Shown here: in pieces, positions 56,801-64,000 of the stretch | Position numbering within the stretch: position 1 is the stretch's first letter | Layout: each line of letters starts with the position of its first letter | Assembly: GCA_964016885.1 (NCBI GenBank) | Contig: OZ024765.1 | Coordinates: 9,176,001-9,240,000, forward strand | Length of the DNA stretch: 64,000 bases | DNA from: Eledone cirrhosa | Taxonomy: Eukaryota | Reading direction: 5' to 3' | Notes under the pieces: model-generated | What the model was told of the DNA's origin: nothing | Seen by the model: the letters and a program-made list of their open reading frames with translations, nothing else | The model's database searches: none | Translations under genes and position numbers: made by a program

Positions 56801-57642
56801 ACCCCTGTGGGTAAGCTACATATTAATCGAGAGGAGGAGGTGACTATTATAATTTTTATAAGTAATAATCTTTTAAAGACAAGAGGAAATTTCATCATTA
56901 AAATCATAAATATATGTCTACAGAATACAGATTATCAAAATGAAATTAAAAGCAAGTAAATCAGGGGCCACTAAACTTTACATATTTAGTTTTATTTCTA
57001 TCGTGAAAAATGTTGATCTTCAGATATTAGATTATGGCGACTGTAATTGTCTTTGTGTTTACGTGTTTGTTTGAAATCCTATTTTAATGTTCGTCTCTCT
57101 TTAAACATCGTTTATAGTTTGTTAAAATTAATTATTTTAGATTATTCGTACCTCGTCTGTGTGGTTTATTTTGATGTAGCGTCCCTGTCTTGTTTATTTT
57201 TGGTTACATTTTAAATGTGAAATACAGGAACATCAGACATTAAAATGAAATGTTACGTAAAACACACACCTTGTGTTTATTCCAGGTATTTAGATAGATG
57301 TCCAGATGTCCACTGACAACAAAATAATACAATCATCCAGTGAAACTTGGTAATAATCCAGGTTCGTTGCAGTCACCATTCACAGTAAACAATGGTTAGA
57401 AAGAATCAAAAACAAAAACAAAAGACGTATTCAGCAGTTAATGAAGTGAAAACAAAATAAAAACAACTTTACTGAATAAAATTCATTTCTTAATTTCAAT
57501 AAGGTTTTTTGTTCTTTCTTTTATAAAAAAAATAAATTTTAATTAAAATATGTTGATTATAATATGGGACATTACTACAACGTACAGTATTATTAGTTCA
57601 AATCTTACTTAATAAAAGCAACAAATACGCAGTTATTAGTAT

Positions 57643-58341
57643 AAAACATAACGGAAATCGAACCCTAAATCAGGATCTCCACCGTCTCTATCGCTTACCA
57701 TTAGGCCACAGGGACGGTTACAAAAATTTTTTGAAAATTAATATTTACTTACCTATACTAGAAAAAACCGGAAGTGGAGAAAATTGAAAAACTTCTTCTT
57801 TTTCTTCCTCTGATTTTTGCCACGAACGATAACTCGTCTCTGACTTAAATCCAAATTTTGGATAAAAAAAAATCAGAGGAAGAAAAAGAAGATGTTTTTC
57901 AATTTTCTCCACTTCCGGTTTTTTCTAGTAATGAAAAAGTAGGTTTATAAATATTAATTTTCAGTAAGTTTCTGTAACCGTCCCTTTAGCTTAGTGGTAA
58001 GTATAAGAGCCGGTGGAGGTCCAGGTCCGGGGTTCAATCACTGGCAGTGTGTCGTATTATATTTTTTATAGTATAAAACAAAAATAAAAAAGTAACTTTA
58101 TAAATATTAATTTTCACACTGTTTTTATATCTGTCTCCGTGGCCTAATGGTAGGTATTAGAGACGGTGGAGAACCTGCTCTGAGTTTCGATCTCAGTCAA
58201 AGTCTATAGGTAATAATTTCATCTTTTACTTTGCTAGAGAAAAATTTAAATTTTAAAATATATAGTACAGATTCGGACTGAGATTGAACACCACATCAGT
58301 GTCTACATAGTCTCTAACACCTACCATTAGGCCAACGAAAC
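57643..58341. ncRNA. Cluster of tRNA-like units a-d (array unit 8)
   Basis: Same sequence and arrangement as unit 1. Confidence 0.5.
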
Positions 58342-61300
58342 AGATACAAGAACATAAGAAAAAATTTATATTTATAAACCTACTTTCAATTTCCAAGCAA
58401 AATAGATGTGATGGCGTTCATGGCTTTCTCATTCTTATTTCTACTATAATCGAGTCAATGTTTACATTTATTCTTCTGGGGCTTTCATGAAATATATTTT
58501 CACTTTCATTCGGGTTCATTAGATCCTACAACCAGATGATCTACAGGGACCTTCTTCATGGTCATAGCTGATTATTAAATATATACGGGAGAGTGTGTGT
58601 ATCTATTAGATTAGATCTTGCCGTGATGTACTCAGCAATAATTGTTTTCAATTCCGTCGTCCCTCCATCCTTGGTGTGTATATAAATATATTTGCGATTT
58701 TAACGTACAACGGCGACAATATATAAATCTGTTTTGTTTGATAATAATTAGATAAAAATTATTGCTAGAGATTGATCCCTAATATTTTATCTCACTCCTT
58801 AACCAGGGAGGAAAGGCCCTCAGACTCGGACAATGTTGATAAGGAGAGCAGAGTGTATCCTTATTTGTCACGTCTTTCCAGTTGTCACGGTATATAAAAG
58901 GCAGTAGTACTAGTCACTCCTGCGAAAGACGTTGTCAGTTAGCCTTCTGTAACGAGAGAAGAAGGTCGTGGCTTTTTTTTTCCTCCCTATCACATAATTT
59001 ATACATTTGTCATCCTTTAGATATCAATATACAAGAGAAAGAAGAAAATTGAGAACTTCGGTCTTTTAAAAGTAACATTTATTACATTAGAGTAAAATCT
59101 TGCATTAACAATATTTTGTGAGACTAAACATGGAATGGACAAAGAGGTTATTAGAAGAAGGGCAATTGTCTCTATCTTAAACGTCAATACATTCTCCAGA
59201 AAATCGAAATGAGAATAATTACAGAGATACTTTACAAAATGTTTCGCGATATGGTTCAAGTTATTTTGTAGTAATATGCAGCTATATTTATACATGTCTC
59301 TTATACCCCTCCACGAGGAATTGTGAATATGTATGAATATGATTTTAAAGATGGCTAAACATGAAGAAAAAAAAGGAATTCAGATGATAGGAATAATAAA
59401 ATATTCCTTTGCCAAGCTAAATGTCGAGAAGTCTAAAACACTAGTTGAATGATATGTGTGATACGACCTAGAATATTGTTTTGGGGCATGGTCAGACGAC
59501 TTCAGAAAATACGGAGAAGCTATTGAAGGAATCCAGAAAAGAACAAAACAGAAAACACCAGAATTATTAAGAAATCTGTCTTCTGTAGAAAGATGTTAAA
59601 CTTTAGGGATTGCAAATTTAGAGGAGATAAATCTAAGAGGGTAGGGGGGGGGGGGGGGGGACATGATAGAAATATATATTTAAAGGACTAATATTTAAAT
59701 AGTAGTACACTATTCCAATGTAAAGCTCTGAATAACTATATCTTTCGGGGAGATATATCAAACGAGTGACATGATAGAAATATTTAAAATAATGAAAAGA
59801 CTACAATATACAGTATTGCAGAAGTAAATGAAAATATAAGAAGACATCACCATTGAACTGCAGATGAAAGTCAGTACTCTTTACGTTTATCCCAGGTATA
59901 TAGAAAGCTATCCTGATGTCCACTGATTGAAATATAAAACAATAAAGAAACACCACAATCCAGTAAACCTTAGTAATAATCCAATTAAGCCGCCATTTAC
60001 AGTAGAAAATAGTAAGAAAACCAAAGTCACACTCAGAAGTTAATGCAGTGAAAACAATAAAAATATTATTAATAAATAATAATAATTTCATTTCATATTA
60101 TCATTAAATTGTTTGTCTATTTTTATTGTAAACATAAAATATACTAATATATATATATACATCGATACATTCTGTGAGTATGTCTTACTTAGGCAAAAGT
60201 CAAGTAATTTGCGGGGAGGAACCAATCCGTTAAATTGATCCCAGTACATGACTGGTACTATAAGTTATATGCTCCCAAATCATAAAAATTATGGGTTAAT
60301 CTAAACACTGAGAACACAAAGGTGGAGTAAAATTATTTAAAAATTGAGGTTTTAACATTTTATCTTTTATTTACAAATTATATGTCTTGGTGTCATATTT
60401 AAGGATATAATGTAGTTATTGGTGGAAATAATATAATATGTGATGAAGAGGTGTATATAACTGTGGATATAGAATTGTTTTAATCATTATTTTTAACGGA
60501 CGAAAAAACTACATAATGACTTCTAGTCGGAGTTACGGGAAATTACGGCAAAGACCCTCCATGAAGGTTCAAATATTACACATTATCTATATATAGGAAT
60601 CAGGCTAAACAATTTACGGGCACGTCGCTCTAAGTTGGAATATTTTTCACACACACAGACACGGGAGTTAGGTATGGCATATTTCAAATAAGAGAACATT
60701 ATTACAGACGGAGTCATTGTAGGTTCAAATCATTGTTAGACCGATCAGAAAGAAAATGGATATTTAATTCATGAAAAAACCTGAAGTGTGAAAGACAGAG
60801 TCGACCCTTTCTAGTAACAACACTAAGAAACCCATGAACGCCACCACGTCCTAAATCTAACTCTGCGATCGTCATATCAAATCGAAATACTTCACCAACT
60901 GTGGAAGATGAAGGATTGAAGAACTATGATATATAGCGAAGAGGCTTGTCTCCAGAACATTTAGTAAGGTGTAAGCCAAGGGTTGCCAAATATTTTGGCG
61001 TCATTTCCCACATTCACATGAAAAAATGTTCCACCAGCCACCTGTATAGTAAATATTCCAAAGTATACCAAATATGTTTATGTTTGTTCCTGGTTTAATT
61101 TTCCCAATTAGCTTCCTGATTTTTATTCAGGTTCTTTGCATATATTCCTTGAATAGGTTTTCGGGTAGCATACCTTCTTAAATCTCAAAATTCTATATCG
61201 GCCACCAAAGTTTCCAATGGCCCTCAATTTTCTGTTCAGCTGCTTATCGCCCACCCAACAGTTGAAACCGCCCAGTTGAGGAACCCCTGTGGGTAAGCTA

Positions 61301-62124
61301 CATATTAATCGAGAGGAGGAGGTGACTATTATAATTTTTATAAGTAATAATCTTTTAAAGACAAGAGGAAATTTCATCATTAAAATCATAAATATATGTC
61401 TACAGAATACAGATTATCAAAATGAAATTAAAAGCAAGTAAATCAGGGGCCACTAAACTTTACATATTTAGTTTTATTTCTATCGTGAAAAATGTTGATC
61501 TTCAGATATTAGATTATGGCGACTGTAATTGTCTTTGTGTTTACGTGTTTGTTTGAAATCCTATTTTAATGTTCGTCTCTCTTTAAACATCGTTTATAGT
61601 TTGTTAAAATTAATTATTTTAGATTATTCGTACCTCGTCTGTGTGGTTTATTTTGATGTAGCGTCCCTGTCTTGTTTATTTTTGGTTACATTTTAAATGT
61701 GAAATACAGGAACATCAGACATTAAAATGAAATGTTACGTAAAACACACACCTTGTGTTTATTCCAGGTATTTAGATAGATGTCCAGATGTCCACTGACA
61801 ACAAAATAATACAATCATCCAGTGAAACTTGGTAATAATCCAGGTTCGTTGCAGTCACCATTCACAGTAAACAATGGTTAGAAAGAATCAAAAACAAAAA
61901 CAAAAGACGTATTCAGCAGTTAATGAAGTGAAAACAAAATAAAAACAACTTTACTGAATAAAATTCATTTCTTAATTTCAATAAGGTTTTTTGTTCTTTC
62001 TTTTATAAAAAAAATAAATTTTAATTAAAATATGTTGATTATAATATGGGACATTACTACAACGTACAGTATTATTAGTTCAAATCTTACTTAATAAAAG
62101 CAACAAATACGCAGTTATTAGTAT

Positions 62125-62836
62125 AAAACATAACGGAAATCGAACCCTAAATCAGGATCTCCACCGTCTCTATCGCTTACCATTAGGCCACAGGGACGGT
62201 TACAAAAATTTTTTGAAAATTAATATTTACTTACCTATACTAGAAAAAACCGGAAGTGGAGAAAATTGAAAAACTTCTTCTTTTTCTTCCTCTGATTTTT
62301 GCCACGAACGATAACTCGTCTCTGACTTAAATCCAAATTTTGGATAAAAAAAAATCAGAGGAAGAAAAAGAAGATGTTTTTCAATTTTCTCCACTTCCGG
62401 TTTTTTCTAGTAATGAAAAAGTAGGTTTATAAATATTAATTTTCAGTAAGTTTCTGTAACCGTCCCTTTAGCTTAGTGGTAAGTATAAGAGCCGGTGGAG
62501 GTCCAGGTCCGGGGTTCAATCACTGGCAGTGTGTCGTATTATATTTTTTATAGTATAAAACAAAAGTATAAAACAAAAATAAAAAAGTAACTTTATAAAT
62601 ATTAATTTTCACACTGTTTTTATATCTGTCTCCGTGGCCTAATGGTAGGTATTAGAGACGGTGGAGAACCTTCTCTGAGTTTCGATCTCAGTCAAAGTCT
62701 ATAGGTAATAATTTCATTTTTTACTTTGCTAGAGAAAAATTTAAATTTTAAAATATATAGTACAGATTCGGACTGAGATTGAACACCACATCAGTGTCTA
62801 CATAGTCTCTAACACCTACCATTAGGCCAACGAAAC
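62125..62836. ncRNA. Cluster of tRNA-like units a-d (array unit 9)
   Basis: Same sequence and arrangement as unit 1. Confidence 0.5.
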
Positions 62837-64000
62837 AGATACAAGAACATAAGAAAAAATTTATATTTATAAACCTACTTTCAATTTCCAAGCAAAATAG
62901 ATGTGATGGCGTTCATGGCTTTCTCATTCTTATTTCTACTATAATCGAGTCAATGTTTACATTTATTCTTCTGGGGCTTTCATGAAATATATTTTCACTT
63001 TCATTCGGGTTCATTAGATCCTACAACCAGATGATCTACAGGGACCTTCTTCATGGTCATAGCTGATTATTAAATATATACGGGAGAGTGTGTGTATCTA
63101 TTAGATTAGATCTTGCCGTGATGTACTCAGCAATAATTGTTTTCAATTCCGTCGTCCCTCCATCCTTGGTGTGTATATAAATATATTTGCGATTTTAACG
63201 TACAACGGCGACAATATATAAATCTGTTTTGTTTGATAATAATTAGATAAAAATTATTGCTAGAGATTGATCCCTAATATTTTATCTCACTCCTTAACCA
63301 GGGAGGAAAGGCCCTCAGACTCGGACAATGTTGATAAGGAGAGCAGAGTGTATCCTTATTTGTCACGTCTTTCCAGTTGTCACGGTATATAAAAGGCAGT
63401 AGTACTAGTCACTCCTGCGAAAGACGTTGTCAGTTAGCCTTCTGTAACGAGAGAAGAAGGTCGTGGCTTTTTTTTCCCTCCCTATCACATAATTTATACA
63501 TTTGTCATCCTTTAGATATCAATATACAAGAGAAAGAAGAAAATTGAGAACTTCGGTCTTTTAAAAGTAACATTTATTACATTAGAGTAAAATCTTGCAT
63601 TAACAATATTTTGTGAGACTAAACATGGAATGGACAAAGAGGTTATTAGAAGAAGGGCAATTGTCTCTATCTTAAACGTCAATACATTCTCCAGAAAATC
63701 GAAATGAGAATAATTACAGAGATACTTTACAAAATGTTTCGCGATATGGTTCAAGTTATTTTGTAGTAATATGCAGCTATATTTATACATGTCTCTTATA
63801 CCCCTCCACGAGGAATTGTGAATATGTATGAATATGATTTTAAAGATGGCTAAACATGAAGAAAAAAAAGGAATTCAGATGATAGGAATAATAAAATATT
63901 CCTTTGCCAAGCTAAATGTCGAGAAGTCTAAAACACTAGTTGAATGATATGTGTGATACGACCTAGAATATTGTTTTGGGGCATGGTCAGACGACTTCAG

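Larger units (their letters stand above)
23518..64000 (+). repeat. ~4.49-kb tandem macrosatellite; 9 complete units plus the start of a 10th, continuing beyond the window
   Basis: The anchor TAGTTGAATGATATGTGTGATAC begins at 23518, 28010, 32501, 36995, 41481, 45977, 50475, 54970, 59442 and 63937 (periods 4472-4498). The units are nearly identical. Confidence 0.98.

Noticed and set aside
23865-63790. Recurring 88-111-aa ORFs in each array unit (MKLLLF.., MAPDLL.., MYKYSC..)
   Set aside because: They have no recognisable domain and an AT-driven composition. Some are altered by indels between units, and they are not preserved in the older paralogues. Their recurrence simply reflects the repeat.

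Overview
AT-rich animal genomic DNA. The (AT)n fields, tRNA-derived SINEs and RTE LINE suggest an octopus or other coleoid cephalopod; this is an inference. 1-4.4 kb holds the last two coding exons of a wolframin (WFS1) orthologue. Its intron contains a TTAA/CCC-GGG element with an internal 72-bp minisatellite and several SINEs, including an inverted pair. 4.5-18 kb holds microsatellites, SINEs, MITEs, a broken RTE LINE, a Helitron-like end and a ~920-bp palindrome. 18.3-23.5 kb holds old diverged duplicates of the modules found in the array that follows. From 23,518 to the window end is a ~4.49-kb tandem macrosatellite (9 full units plus the start of a 10th). Each unit lacks a credible protein ORF. 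Each carries four diverged, tRNA-sized Pol III-like units, each with a conserved upstream TATA block at fixed spacing, an A box, a B-box-like motif and an oligo-T terminator. These cannot fold as tRNA cloverleaves. Each repeat also has a separate TATA-driven module. This candidate small ncRNA family (36 copies in the array plus at least 2 older ones) is the main finding.
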